Below, in pieces: positions 28,526 through 37,833 of a DNA stretch of 64,000 nucleotides. The first letter of the stretch is position 1; every line of letters starts with the position of its first letter. This DNA is from Blastocatellia bacterium (lineage in GTDB: Bacteria > Acidobacteriota > Blastocatellia > UBA7656). The stretch covers positions 4,653,817-4,717,816 of the forward strand of contig CAVSKO010000002.1 of the NCBI GenBank assembly GCA_963728545.1, read 5' to 3'. The notes below the pieces were generated by a model that worked only from the letters and a program-made list of their open reading frames with translations, searched no databases and was not told the DNA's origin. Position numbers and translations under genes: made by a program.

Positions 28526-29893
28526 CTATTTGACGAGGTGATATTCGGTCTGACGTTTCAGCACCCACGAGATGCGGCCCTGCTCATCCAAAACGGCGTC
28601 TTCTTCCTGGCCCACCCATAGCTCCGCCCCGCCCCACTCGGCCACAGGCGTCGTAGCCTGCAACTCGATAGAAAACCATGTGCCGGGCAACAACATCACG
28701 TCCCCGCGTCCCGGCACACCTTGCTGGCGGTCCCACAAGCCTATCAACGGCCCCGCGCCGTGGCCGTGATCCCCAACGGGGTGAGTGTAGATAGTCCCTT
28801 TGATACCTTCTGCCTTCATAGCGGCTAAAGCATCCATCAGCACTTCATTGCCGGTGCGTCCGGGCCGCATTCGCTCGATGAGAATATCCTGAAGCCGATT
28901 GGTGACGGCAAGCGCCCGCTTTATTCCCGAGGGCACATCGCGCTCGCCTTCTCTGAGCACATAGCCCATGTGCTGCGTATCGGTGTTAAGCCTCATGGCC
29001 GTGATGCCGAAGTCTACGTGCAGCACGTCGCCACGATCTATCACCGTGGGTGCGTTTTCCGCCAACAAAGCGACCCCGGCTTTGCCGGGTTTTTGCACGC
29101 GCACGGAAGGTTGAAACCAGGTGCCGAGCCCCAGGTCGTTTACCTGTTGTCTGAGCCACCAGACAACATCCTGATCCGTAGTCTTGCCCGGCGTGATGAC
29201 TTCGTTTGAGAAGGCGCGGGCAATAAGCCTGTGAACCGTCTCCATCATCTGCTTATAGATCGGCATCATCTCCGGCAAGCGTATAGAGACATACTCAAGC
29301 GCGAGGTTTTCGGCTCGCACGAATTTTTTCACCCACTGAGGGCCGAGCGCGTCTTCGAGCTTCTCGCGCTCGCCCGCCGACAAGCCGTCGGCAAAAGCAT
29401 GTGTGTGAGAGATATTGACCGCGATTGTTGCGGGCTTGCACTCTTCGATGAGCTTTCTGAGCAGCACCCATTGGCCTTCGCCGTATATCTCGCGATTTTC
29501 GACTTCCGGGTCGCGGTAGACCGTATAAAGCCCGCCGTTCGAGCCGCCGCCGAGAGCGAGTCGTTCGACGCCCCGTTCTTCGCCGCGATCAAAAAAGACG
29601 TACATAGTACGGCGTCGGGCGGCAAATACTGTCGGAGAGACTAGGGAATAAAATACAGGGTCTTCGTTGTACTCGCGGCAGATTACGAGCCACATTTGGA
29701 CGCCGTGCTTGCGCATCAGCTTTGGCAGGACGCGCTCAAGCCTGAGCTTCAGCCATTGCTGTTGAATTTCCGCCTGCTCGCGAAGCCGAGGGATTCGCTC
29801 GATAGTTTGCGCGGGGGCAGGTGCGGCCAAAAGCGCGAGCATACAAATAACCTTTGCAAGTCGCCGCCGTAAGAGAGTATTCATTCTCGTCAT
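28526..29893 (-). CDS. exported M24-family metallopeptidase (Xaa-Pro aminopeptidase/creatinase fold)
   Basis: 455 aa with signal peptide LALLAAPAPAQ. Pita-bread metal-ligand contexts VLHVDFGI, THPVGDHGHG, FSIELQ. Confidence 0.75.
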   Translation of the reverse strand: MTRMNTLLRRRLAKVICMLALLAAPAPAQTIERIPRLREQAEIQQQWLKLRLERVLPKLMRKHGVQMWLVICREYNEDPVFYSLVSPTVFAARRRTMYVFFDRGEERGVERLALGGGSNGGLYTVYRDPEVENREIYGEGQWVLLRKLIEECKPATIAVNISHTHAFADGLSAGEREKLEDALGPQWVKKFVRAENLALEYVSIRLPEMMPIYKQMMETVHRLIARAFSNEVITPGKTTDQDVVWWLRQQVNDLGLGTWFQPSVRVQKPGKAGVALLAENAPTVIDRGDVLHVDFGITAMRLNTDTQHMGYVLREGERDVPSGIKRALAVTNRLQDILIERMRPGRTGNEVLMDALAAMKAEGIKGTIYTHPVGDHGHGAGPLIGLWDRQQGVPGRGDVMLLPGTWFSIELQATTPVAEWGGAELWVGQEEDAVLDEQGRISWVLKRQTEYHLVK

Positions 29894-30011
29894 CTCCTAA
29901 AGATTTTTGCGCAGCTATAATAGACGATTGCATACAGGTTTTAGCAAGCGGTGTTGATGTTGTTTGTATTGTTAATCGGGACTGAATGATTCTTAGAAAG
30001 TACCTATGCAG

Positions 30012-30095
30012 CCCCAAAGGGGCGAAATTCAATAGCCCGGCGCATCGCGCCGGGTAAATGATGTGCGTGATGATAAGCCCTGTAAGGGCGAAATA
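30012..30095. repeat. left REP arm (contains the GC hairpin cccggcgc-atc-gcgccggg)
   Basis: 8-bp GC stem with a 3-nt loop at 30036-30054, inside the 45-bp arm. Confidence 0.85.
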
Positions 30096-30099
30096 ACAT

Positions 30100-30552
30100 T
30101 TAATCCCATACATATTTTTCATCATATTCCACGTTGTACTTCTTCAGGAAAATGCGGAACTCATCTTGAAATGTTTTGCGGCGATGATGTTCTTTTTGAG
30201 CAGCTATGTATCTCTTCAAATTTGGAACATTCGATTGCCCTATTGAGAATGCTCCATAGCCTGATTGCCAATGAAAATTGCGAAACTCATTTCCTTTTGT
30301 CTTAATCCACTTAGAGCTTCTCTTCTTTATCTCTTCTGCAATATCGGCCAGTGATGAGGTTCGTGAAAGCGAGAAAAGCGCATGTATATGATCCTCAGTT
30401 CCTCCAATTAAAATCGACGGAGAATTACACTCGCGAAAGATTACAGAAAGGTAAGCATGAAGCTCAGGCTCAATCTCAGATGAAACAAGAGGCTCGCGTA
30501 GCTTCGTGCTAAAAACAAGATGGATGAGTATCGAAGATAAAGATTGGGGCAT
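30100..30552 (-). CDS. REP-associated tyrosine transposase (IS200/IS605 TnpA-like Y1 HUH enzyme)
   Basis: 150 aa with HUH motif HIHALF and catalytic-Tyr helix KRYIAAQKEHH. AT-rich relative to its flanks. Confidence 0.85.
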   Translation of the reverse strand: MPQSLSSILIHLVFSTKLREPLVSSEIEPELHAYLSVIFRECNSPSILIGGTEDHIHALFSLSRTSSLADIAEEIKKRSSKWIKTKGNEFRNFHWQSGYGAFSIGQSNVPNLKRYIAAQKEHHRRKTFQDEFRIFLKKYNVEYDEKYVWD

Positions 30553-30565
30553 AGTCTGTTCGCTT

Positions 30566-30650
30566 TATTTCGCCCTTTTAGGGCTTGTCATTTTCGATCA
30601 CCCGCTACCCGGCGCGATGCGCCGGGCTATTGAATTTCGCCCCTTTGGGG
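30566..30650. repeat. right REP arm
   Basis: Reverse complement of the left arm, as described for the element. Confidence 0.85.
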
Positions 30651-30681
30651 CTTTCAAACTGCATCAGTCGAATGATCTTTC

Positions 30682-30732
30682 TATTCGACCACTTTCACTA
30701 TTTGACCACTTTCACTATTCGACCACTTTCAC
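30682..30732. repeat. 17-bp tandem repeat x3 spanning the stop codon of the LTD/IPT gene
   Basis: tattcgaccactttcac / tatttgaccactttcac / tattcgaccactttcac. The third unit encodes the last residues VKVVE and part of the TAG stop. Confidence 0.85.
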
Positions 30733-33700
30733 CGTCGCCTTGTTGGAGCGACCGCCGTCGGGGTTGCGGGCCTGTAGCGCGATGTGACCCGGCGCGGCCG
30801 TAAGCTCTGCCGGTATGCGCGCTCGAAGCTCTGTCTCACTCACAAATCTTGTTTCAATCGCCACGTCATCAGCGAATATCTTTGCGCCCGGCTTGAATGA
30901 GACGCCACCTACGGAAATCTCCAAAGCCCCATTCCCGGCGCGCACTTTTGAACGCGACAGCCGCGTGACGAGCGGCCCGTTTTCGACCTCAAGCGTTAAA
31001 GCATTTGAGCGATTGCCGTCTGCGTTGAGCGCCCGAATTTCAAGCCGAGCCGGTCGCGTAAAAAAACGGGCGGGCGGGCGGGCGCGCAGCAAGCTCGCGT
31101 CGATAAATATCGTCTCGACCGCTTCGTCAGCAATCAACACGATTGCGCCCGGCTGAAACGCTCCGCCCGTGAGGGCAATCTCAACCGCCTCAGCACCTGT
31201 ACCGATCTCCTGCGGCGTTATCTCGGTCAGGCGCGGCGGGTCATCGAAGACTACAAATTTTGCGGCTGAGGAAATCTCTCCTTTTGGATTGCGCACGCGC
31301 ACATCGATTGCGCCGCCGTTCGTAATTAACTCTGCGCCGACTCGCGCTCCAAGCTCGGTCTCTGAAGCAAAAACTGTTTCAAGCTGCGCCGGGCCGAATA
31401 AGACAAGCGCGCCGGGCTGAAAGCTTTCGCCCGTTATCTTGAGCGTAAAGCTTGCGGAAGCCCGGCGAATGCTTGCGGGCGCAAGCGCATGGATACGAGG
31501 CTTGATTGTGAAAGCCTGTCCCACGGCGCGGGTTCCGGGAGAAAACAAAATACCTGAGCCTGAGACTACGGTGTGAAGCGAAAAAGACGCGCCATCGACA
31601 TCGGGGTCGCGGTTGAGAGCTTGATTCGCCCCGCCCTCAAGCGCGCCGAATTTGATCTCTTGCAAAAGTCGCCCTGCCGCATCTTCCAATTTTATTGTGT
31701 CGCCTCCGTTGTTCAAAGAGAGCCCGCCCGTTGACGCCCTGAAGACCAGACTATTTTCAGCAGCGTTGCCGAATCGGCCCCTTGCCGTGCCGCCGCCAAA
31801 AACGATTGCGGCTTCGAAAGGCGGCAACACGGTCCCGGCTGCAAAGACGTGCCTGACCGCGTCGGCGTCAGACAATTTGTAACCTGAAAGGTCTATCGCG
31901 TCCGAAGTGCGATTTACTATCTCGATAAACTCGTCTTGTGAAGTGCTGCGCGTGCCGTCGCCGTTAGCGTCTCCTGCCGCGCCTTCGGGCGGGTCGGCAA
32001 GAAACTCATTTATGATGAGCGGATTCTTTATCGAGATGTTGAGCGCCGCGTTATTTGAAATACCGAAATCGGGATTCTCAACCCTGATCAATAATTTCCC
32101 CGCGACTCGTACCATCTCGGCCTTGACCGCAACTTCGAGCCGATTGTTGCCCGCAAAAACAGTATCGAGTTTTTGTCGCGGCCCTGACGGCTCGACTATT
32201 CGCGCGGCAGCGCCGGGCTGAAACCTTTCGCCGATTATCATAACGGTTTGATCCGGGCTGCCTTCGATTATCGCGGGCGGATCGATGGAATGAATAATCG
32301 GAGCAAGCGGCGCGACCCGAAATATAACTTCGTTCGAGATCGTGCCGTCAGCGTTTTGCACTTTTACGACCCTGAGTCCCGGCGTTGCGATGAGCGGCTC
32401 GGCAATTTCTGATTGAATCACGGTCGCCGAAACGACTCGCGTAGGCAGAGGCGTCTGATCGAATACTGCGACCGCGCCCTCTCTGAAGTTTGCCCCCGTG
32501 ACGGTGAGCGTGAATTGAGGCCCGCCCGCTACTGCCTGTGAAGGCGTGATTGCGATAACCTGCCCGCTCGGAAACACAACTTCGAATGCCTGGTCGCGGG
32601 ACTCCTGCCCGTCGCTGTTACGAACGCGAACGCGGCGCGTTCCTGTAGCCGAAGCAAACGAAGCCGGCACGGTCGCCCTTAATTCGCCGCCGTTCGCAAG
32701 CGTAGTCGCAAGCGGTGTCTCTTCGACCAGGACGACCGACGCGGCATTGAAGTTTTCGCCTATCGCGAACAGCGTGAAATTTCCTGTTCCTACATTCACA
32801 AGTTTCGGCAACACGGAAAGCAATACGGGCGGCGGAGGCGTGACGGTGAGCGTCACAACATTAGAGCGATTGCCGCCTTGATTGCGGACTTCAACGCGGT
32901 GAGGCCCGACCATGTCAATCACGCGCTCAGGCACGGTTGCGATAAGCTCGCCCGCGCTAATAAACCTTGTGTCGGCGGGCGCGGAGTCTATGAGGACATT
33001 CGATCCGACTTCGAACCCGCTGCCCTCGACCGACAGATCGAACGGAGGGCTGTCGAATGGAACTCGATCGGGAGCGATCCGAGCGATGCGCGGCCCCGCA
33101 GTGAATTCGGAACCGTTCACCATCGCGCCCGGTGAAAAGAGTCGCCCGCCGCTCGCGCCGATCGTAGAGTGCGCGGAGAAGCTTGTTCCTATGATCTCAG
33201 GGTTGCGCGTGATCGACTGGTTGGCGCTGCCTTCACCGGCGCCGTACGTGACCCGCTCGACCGCATTGCCGAGACTGTCTTTCAGCGTGATCGTATCGCC
33301 CGAGTTATCGAGCGAAAGCGCGGAAGTAAATACGAGGCCGTTTGCGCGGGCATTGCCGAACTCGCCCTGCGGGCTGCCGCCGCCAAAGATGACGGCGGCT
33401 TCACCTGCCGGGATGACCGCGTTTGACGGAAACGTAAATCGCGTTTGATCCGCATCGCTGACGGTAAACCCGCCGACGCCCAGCGCGGCACTTGTTCGAT
33501 TCACGATCTCTATGAATTCATCTTGCGTGGCGCTGCGCGTGCCATCGCCGTTAGCATCTCCCGCCGTTCCATCGGGCGGGTCTGCGAGGAATTCATTTAT
33601 TCCAATCGCGTCAAAGACCGTGAATGCAACCGCGTTCGAGACTGTCGAATCGGGATTGCGCACCGTAAGCTCGTACCTGGCGGGCGTGCTGGTCACGGGC

Positions 33701-34500
33701 GGCGCGATGTTAGCGGTGAGCGCGGTATCGCTTATGAAAGTGGTGCTGATTGTCGCCCCGTCTATTCGAGCTTCGGAGCCGCTTTGAAAATTACTCCCCG
33801 CGATGTTGACGATCACCGGGTCTGTCGTAGCGATGATCGCTTCGGGCGTGACGGAAGTTATAGCCGGATCGTCAGACACAAACGGGCGACCATTAACGCG
33901 AGCGCCGGGCGAAAAGAGTCTCCCTTCGCTCCCCGCCGCAGAAGCATGAGCCGTAAAGCCGCCGGTGATGTCAGGGCTGCGCGTGAGCGACTGATCGATA
34001 TCGCTAGCAGGCGGCGGATAATCGTGTCTGGCTATTTCCACGCCGGAGTTGTTTTTGATGATTATCGAATCGCCCGCGTTATTCAGGGACAATCCCGCGC
34101 CTCCGATTGCGAAGACAAGTCCGTTGGCCCCGGCGTTTCCAAATGCGCCCGCAGGCACTCCGCCTCCAAAGACGACGGCGGCTTCGCCCGGAGGTATTAT
34201 TTTGTTTGCCGGAATGGTAAACCTCACCTGTAATGCGTCGCTTACGGTGAAGCCGCCGACGTCGAGCGGCGCGGAGCCTGTGTTGACCAGTTCTACGAAC
34301 TCATCCTGAGTAGTGTTGAAGACGCCATCGCCGTTCGCGTCGCCCGCAGCGCCGGAGGCCGGGTCGGCGAGGTATTCGTTAATGATAAGAGGCGCGGTTT
34401 GAAATGGCGTTGCTCGGTTTCGGATTTCAGCGGCGGGGTTCTTCAGACCGCCGACAAAAAACAACATGAACAGCCAGCAGGCAAATCTCTTTTTATACAT
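30715..34500 (-). CDS. giant exported surface protein with three lamin-tail (LTD) domains interleaved with IPT/TIG-like Ig domains
   Basis: 1261 aa with a signal peptide. INEYLADPASGAAGDANGDG...DEFVELVN, INEFLADPPDGTAGDANGDG...DEFIEIVN and INEFLADPPEGAAGDANGDG...DEFIEIVN are three LTD cores. Repeated ~90-aa beta-rich modules (RVEVRNQGGNRSN, RVRVRNSDGQES, VVKVQNADGTISN, DVRVRNPKGEIS) lie between them. Confidence 0.85.
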   Translation of the reverse strand: MYKKRFACWLFMLFFVGGLKNPAAEIRNRATPFQTAPLIINEYLADPASGAAGDANGDGVFNTTQDEFVELVNTGSAPLDVGGFTVSDALQVRFTIPANKIIPPGEAAVVFGGGVPAGAFGNAGANGLVFAIGGAGLSLNNAGDSIIIKNNSGVEIARHDYPPPASDIDQSLTRSPDITGGFTAHASAAGSEGRLFSPGARVNGRPFVSDDPAITSVTPEAIIATTDPVIVNIAGSNFQSGSEARIDGATISTTFISDTALTANIAPPVTSTPARYELTVRNPDSTVSNAVAFTVFDAIGINEFLADPPDGTAGDANGDGTRSATQDEFIEIVNRTSAALGVGGFTVSDADQTRFTFPSNAVIPAGEAAVIFGGGSPQGEFGNARANGLVFTSALSLDNSGDTITLKDSLGNAVERVTYGAGEGSANQSITRNPEIIGTSFSAHSTIGASGGRLFSPGAMVNGSEFTAGPRIARIAPDRVPFDSPPFDLSVEGSGFEVGSNVLIDSAPADTRFISAGELIATVPERVIDMVGPHRVEVRNQGGNRSNVVTLTVTPPPPVLLSVLPKLVNVGTGNFTLFAIGENFNAASVVLVEETPLATTLANGGELRATVPASFASATGTRRVRVRNSDGQESRDQAFEVVFPSGQVIAITPSQAVAGGPQFTLTVTGANFREGAVAVFDQTPLPTRVVSATVIQSEIAEPLIATPGLRVVKVQNADGTISNEVIFRVAPLAPIIHSIDPPAIIEGSPDQTVMIIGERFQPGAAARIVEPSGPRQKLDTVFAGNNRLEVAVKAEMVRVAGKLLIRVENPDFGISNNAALNISIKNPLIINEFLADPPEGAAGDANGDGTRSTSQDEFIEIVNRTSDAIDLSGYKLSDADAVRHVFAAGTVLPPFEAAIVFGGGTARGRFGNAAENSLVFRASTGGLSLNNGGDTIKLEDAAGRLLQEIKFGALEGGANQALNRDPDVDGASFSLHTVVSGSGILFSPGTRAVGQAFTIKPRIHALAPASIRRASASFTLKITGESFQPGALVLFGPAQLETVFASETELGARVGAELITNGGAIDVRVRNPKGEISSAAKFVVFDDPPRLTEITPQEIGTGAEAVEIALTGGAFQPGAIVLIADEAVETIFIDASLLRARPPARFFTRPARLEIRALNADGNRSNALTLEVENGPLVTRLSRSKVRAGNGALEISVGGVSFKPGAKIFADDVAIETRFVSETELRARIPAELTAAPGHIALQARNPDGGRSNKATVKVVE

Positions 34501-34747
34501 AATCGAACTCCGGCAAGCCGCGCGTCGGCTTGCGCTTGATTTAGATAATTGGGAGTTGATGCGGAAATCTGGCTGAGGGTAATCAGGTCTATAAAAGCCT
34601 GTCTGGGGATTTAAGCGGTCAGTCGTTCCCCGCTTTTACATTATGACGCGAAGCGCGCGGGTTTCAATGCAAAAAAGTCTATTAACCCGCGAGTGGCAGC
34701 AATCCAATACCCGCTGGCGGAGCAGATCAAGCATATGATTCAATCAT

Positions 34748-35005
34748 GTGCAGATGAGTCTATGGGTCATTGCCATTCTAGTTTTTCTTCTAAATATCCC
34801 TTTCGGTTTTTGGCGGGCCAGAGTCAGGAAGTTCTCGTGGCAATGGATTCTTGCCATTCATTTGCCGGTTCCCCTAGTGATTGCGCTACGAATCTTTAGC
34901 GGGTTGGGCTGGCAGTTGATCTCCTTCCCCGTGCTGATAGGGGCTTTCTTTCTAGGTCAATTTTGTGGAGGGAAACTGGCTTATATGTTCAAGGGCCGCC
35001 GATAA
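34748..35005 (+). CDS. small hydrophobic membrane protein (possible)
   Basis: 85 aa with three hydrophobic stretches and a positively charged loop (RARVRKFSW). No recognisable family. Confidence 0.4.
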   Translation: MQMSLWVIAILVFLLNIPFGFWRARVRKFSWQWILAIHLPVPLVIALRIFSGLGWQLISFPVLIGAFFLGQFCGGKLAYMFKGRR

Positions 35006-35158
35006 GCGATTCTCCAGATCGTGACGCATGATGGCGGGGCCGAAGAATTGCCATTTTGTTTTATCAGGATTTTGGGAGGCTGACAGCGACTATCACACAA
35101 GTACCGGCGCTGACTGAAAAACTGCTCAAGCGCTTCGATCTCAACCCGTAGGCCGGAA

Positions 35159-35188
35159 ATCCGGGGAGGAAATTCAGCCTCCCCGGAT
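35159..35188. terminator. GC-rich hairpin, possible terminator of the small membrane ORF
   Basis: atccggggagg-aaattcag-cctccccggat, an 11-bp perfect stem. The trailing T tract (ttgatttg) is weak. Confidence 0.35.
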
Positions 35189-35420
35189 TGATTTGCTGCA
35201 ATCCTGGCGCATCGCGTAGCCGTCGATTTTTGCCTTGCGAACCCTGCGCCCTCGCACACCTCCTTTGCATTGTATAGATCGTTAAAGGTTGATATAAAAG
35301 AGAGCGCCTTCGCCGTGCTATTAAGGCGAGAGCCTTCATGATTTTGGTCGCATTGTATTCATTCGAACAAATTATTTTCGCAAGCGGTTTCATTCACGTT
35401 AATAAATCTGGAGGACCGAT

Positions 35421-36467
35421 ATGATAGAACGGAAGATGGAGCACGAATTGGGGATGGACTTCTTGCGCGTGGTCGAAGCTGCGGCCATCGCTTCGGCGCA
35501 GACTATGGGGCAGGGTGAACGCAAGTACTCCGATCACGTTGCCGTCGAATCCATGCGCCAGACCATGGACAGCGTGCCGATGCGAGGCGAGGTGGTCATC
35601 GGGGAAGGCGAGCGCGACCAAGCCCCTATGCTCTATATAGGCGAGAAGGTGGGCATGGGGTACAAAGAGACGGCGGAAGACGGCGCGCAGTTTCCCGAAG
35701 TAGACATAGCCGTCGATCCGCTCGAAGGAACTAACCTCTGCGCCACAGGCTCCGCCAACGCCATCTCGGTTATGGCTTGCTCGGAGAAGGGCGGGCTGTT
35801 GCGCGCGCCTGATATGTACATGCAGAAGCTCATCGTAGGCCCGTCGTCGAAAGGCGCCGTTGATCTGGACGCCCCCGTAAAAGATAATCTCCGAGCGATT
35901 GCGCGGCGATTGAATCGCGATGTCGAAGACCTGGTCGTTATAGTGCTTGATCGCCCGCGCCACAAAAAGCTGATCGCGGACATACGCGAAGCGGGCGCGC
36001 GCATACGGTTGATTTCGGATGGCGATTTATCTGCGGGCATCTCCGCCGCTGTAGCCGGGTCGGGCGTGCACGCGGTGATGGGCACGGGCGGAGCGCCGGA
36101 GGGCGTGCTCACGGCCGCCGCGATGAAATGCCTGAATGGACAGATACTCGCCCGCTTCGTGCTCAAAGAGCAGCTTGAAGACCTCGAAGACCGCAGCCGA
36201 ATTGCCGAGGACGCCGTCGAGCGCATGAAAGAGATGGGCATCCAAGACCCTGGCCGCATCTATGACACGGACGACCTCGCGCCGGGCAAAAAGATTATCT
36301 TCGCCGCGACCGGGGTGACAGACGGAACGATCCTTCGCGGCGTGCGATTCTTCGGGACAGGCATTCGCACGTCGTCAATCATAATGGCGACCGAGCGCAC
36401 AAAGCGCGTGCGCTTCGTCGACACGGTTCATGTCGAAGGCGGCCCCGATACGGTTGTCAGATTTTGA
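35421..36467 (+). CDS. glpX: class II fructose-1,6-bisphosphatase
   Basis: 348 aa with [25 protein letters not shown] and [12 protein letters not shown], typical of the GlpX family. Confidence 0.9.
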   Translation: MIERKMEHELGMDFLRVVEAAAIASAQTMGQGERKYSDHVAVESMRQTMDSVPMRGEVVIGEGERDQAPMLYIGEKVGMGYKETAEDGAQFPEVDIAVDPLEGTNLCATGSANAISVMACSEKGGLLRAPDMYMQKLIVGPSSKGAVDLDAPVKDNLRAIARRLNRDVEDLVVIVLDRPRHKKLIADIREAGARIRLISDGDLSAGISAAVAGSGVHAVMGTGGAPEGVLTAAAMKCLNGQILARFVLKEQLEDLEDRSRIAEDAVERMKEMGIQDPGRIYDTDDLAPGKKIIFAATGVTDGTILRGVRFFGTGIRTSSIIMATERTKRVRFVDTVHVEGGPDTVVRF

Positions 36468-36477
36468 GCTTTGTCCG

Positions 36478-36546
36478 TTGTCCGTAGCCAGTTGTTAGCC
36501 GCTTTCAGGGATGAGTAAGCTGCTAATTGCAACTGGCTACGGACAA
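36478..36546. repeat. 17-bp perfect inverted repeat with a 35-nt loop between glpX and the DUF2085 gene
   Basis: ttgtccgtagccagttg (36478-36494) vs caactggctacggacaa (36530-36546), with an inner ttagc/gctaa extension. No T tract follows. Confidence 0.6.
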
Positions 36547-36560
36547 CTGAGCATCGCCAG

Positions 36561-37070
36561 ATGCAAGCAAGCAACGAAAGAATCGCGGCTATCACCTACG
36601 CGGCGGCGCTCGCGGTTGCGCTGCTGTTTGTGAGCGCGACCATTGCAGCGCCCTTGATCGAATCCGCCGGTGGAGAAAACACGGCAGCCTCGTTCATCTA
36701 TCTCGCGTATACAATAGTCTGCCATCAGATCGCTGACAGGTCGTTTCACATTGAAGGCTATCCGCTCGCGGTCTGCTCACGATGCTTTGGAATTTATGTC
36801 GGGTATGTGCTGGGGCTGGTCATCTATCCGTTCGTGCGGTCGCTTGCGCGAACCGAGACGCCGAGGCGTCTCTGGCTTTTACTTGCGCTCGCTCCTATCG
36901 CAATCGATTTTGCAGGCGATTACGCGGGCGTATTCGATAACACGCTGCTGACACGCGCGTTGACAGGGCTGGTGGCGGGCGCGGCAGGAGCCTTCTTCAC
37001 GTTGCCAGGCTTTGTGTCGCTCGCCTCAACGATTAGCAGGACGCCAAAGGAGGAATACAGTGGTCGATAA
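36561..37070 (+). CDS. DUF2085-family membrane protein
   Basis: CHQIADRSFH ... AVCSRCFGIYVGY motif, four hydrophobic helices. Confidence 0.7.
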   Translation: MQASNERIAAITYAAALAVALLFVSATIAAPLIESAGGENTAASFIYLAYTIVCHQIADRSFHIEGYPLAVCSRCFGIYVGYVLGLVIYPFVRSLARTETPRRLWLLLALAPIAIDFAGDYAGVFDNTLLTRALTGLVAGAAGAFFTLPGFVSLASTISRTPKEEYSGR

Positions 37071-37668
37071 ACCGAAGAAGTTTATTCCGGCGCTTATCGG
37101 CGGGGCCGTGCTGTGCGTGCTATCGCTGATTCCGTTCGTAAACTATGGTTGCTGTCTGTGGGTGATTGCAGGCGGCGCAATCGCTGCGTATATGCTCATA
37201 AAGCGCTCGCCCGTGTTGCCGGTAACTACCGGCGAAGGAGCGTCAGTAGGAGCGCTGGCCGGCCTGCTTGGCTCGGTACTGTACCTGGTCATATTCACCC
37301 CGATATTTTTCGCATTTGGCCGCGAGGCGGCAATCGCGCAAATGCAGCAGGCAGCCTATCAGCAGACGGACCCGAACGCTCGGAGAATGGTGATGCAATT
37401 TGCCGACGTGGTCCGAGATCAGCCGATGGTATTCATTTTGATTTGGTGTGCGGTGATAGGAATTTTCTTTATAGCCTTTGGCACTCTCGGAGGCATCATA
37501 GGCGTCGCGATGTTTGAAAAGCGCAAGGGCCAGCCTATGACTCCACCGCCACCGCCCGGAGCGCCGGATTATGGACCGGGCTTTGCGCCGCCGGGTCCGC
37601 CACCGGGCGGGCCTATGCCGCCGCCGGGCGAACCGCCCCACGGAGGCGACGACCGCCCGCCGTATTAA
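37060..37668 (+). CDS. membrane protein with a proline-rich C-terminal tail
   Basis: GTG at 37060 lies 8 nt after AAAGGAGG and overlaps the previous stop. Four hydrophobic helices. Tail PPPPPGAPDYGPGFAPPGPPPGGPMPPPGEPP. Confidence 0.6.
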   Translation: MVDKPKKFIPALIGGAVLCVLSLIPFVNYGCCLWVIAGGAIAAYMLIKRSPVLPVTTGEGASVGALAGLLGSVLYLVIFTPIFFAFGREAAIAQMQQAAYQQTDPNARRMVMQFADVVRDQPMVFILIWCAVIGIFFIAFGTLGGIIGVAMFEKRKGQPMTPPPPPGAPDYGPGFAPPGPPPGGPMPPPGEPPHGGDDRPPY

Positions 37669-37809
37669 AGGATGAGGGATGAGGGATGAGGGATGAAAAA
37701 GACCCTTTGGTTTTACAATATCTCGTGATTTGAGATTTGAGATTTCAAATTTCAAATCTTTTTCATCCCTCATCCCTCATCCTTCATCCCTCTGCCTTCA
37801 TCCCTCATC
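37667..37809. repeat. heptamer-built palindromic intergenic element, copy C (largest)
   Basis: Left arm aaaggatgagggatgagggatgagggatgaaaaaga (37667-37702) overlaps the upstream TAA stop. Centre gatttgagatttgagatttcaaatttcaaatc. Right arm tctttttcatccctcatccctcatccttcatccctctgccttcatccctcatc. Confidence 0.85.
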
Positions 37810-37833
37810 TGCGCGGTGTTAAAATTATTTCCT

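Larger units (their letters stand above)
30012..30650. mobile_element. REPtron: RAYT gene bracketed by inverted REP arms
   Basis: ccccaaaggggcgaaattcaatagcccggcgcatcgcgccgggta (30012-30056) is the exact reverse complement of 30606-30650. A second inner pair is agccctgtaagggcgaaata (30076-30095) vs tatttcgcccttttagggct (30566-30585). Confidence 0.85.

Noticed and set aside
29736-30125. 129-aa minus-strand ORF spanning the M24 gene start and the left REP arm
   Set aside because: It overlaps the M24 signal-peptide region and the REP palindrome. Its composition is odd and it has no RBS.
35006-35420. 415-bp non-coding, AT-shifted gap upstream of glpX, inspected for a riboswitch, sRNA, tmRNA, SRP RNA or RNase P RNA
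   Set aside because: I could recognise no conserved core motif of these RNAs. Only one GC hairpin (35159-35188) is notable. ORF 35064..35393 is not protein-like.
37243-37773. ORFs reading through the heptamer elements (37243..37773, 37737..38063, 15170..15505, and the 5' part of 15528..16802), giving HPSSLIPHP-type peptides
   Set aside because: The open frames are created by the stop-free pyrimidine-rich arm of the repeat. They overlap better-supported genes or the palindromes.
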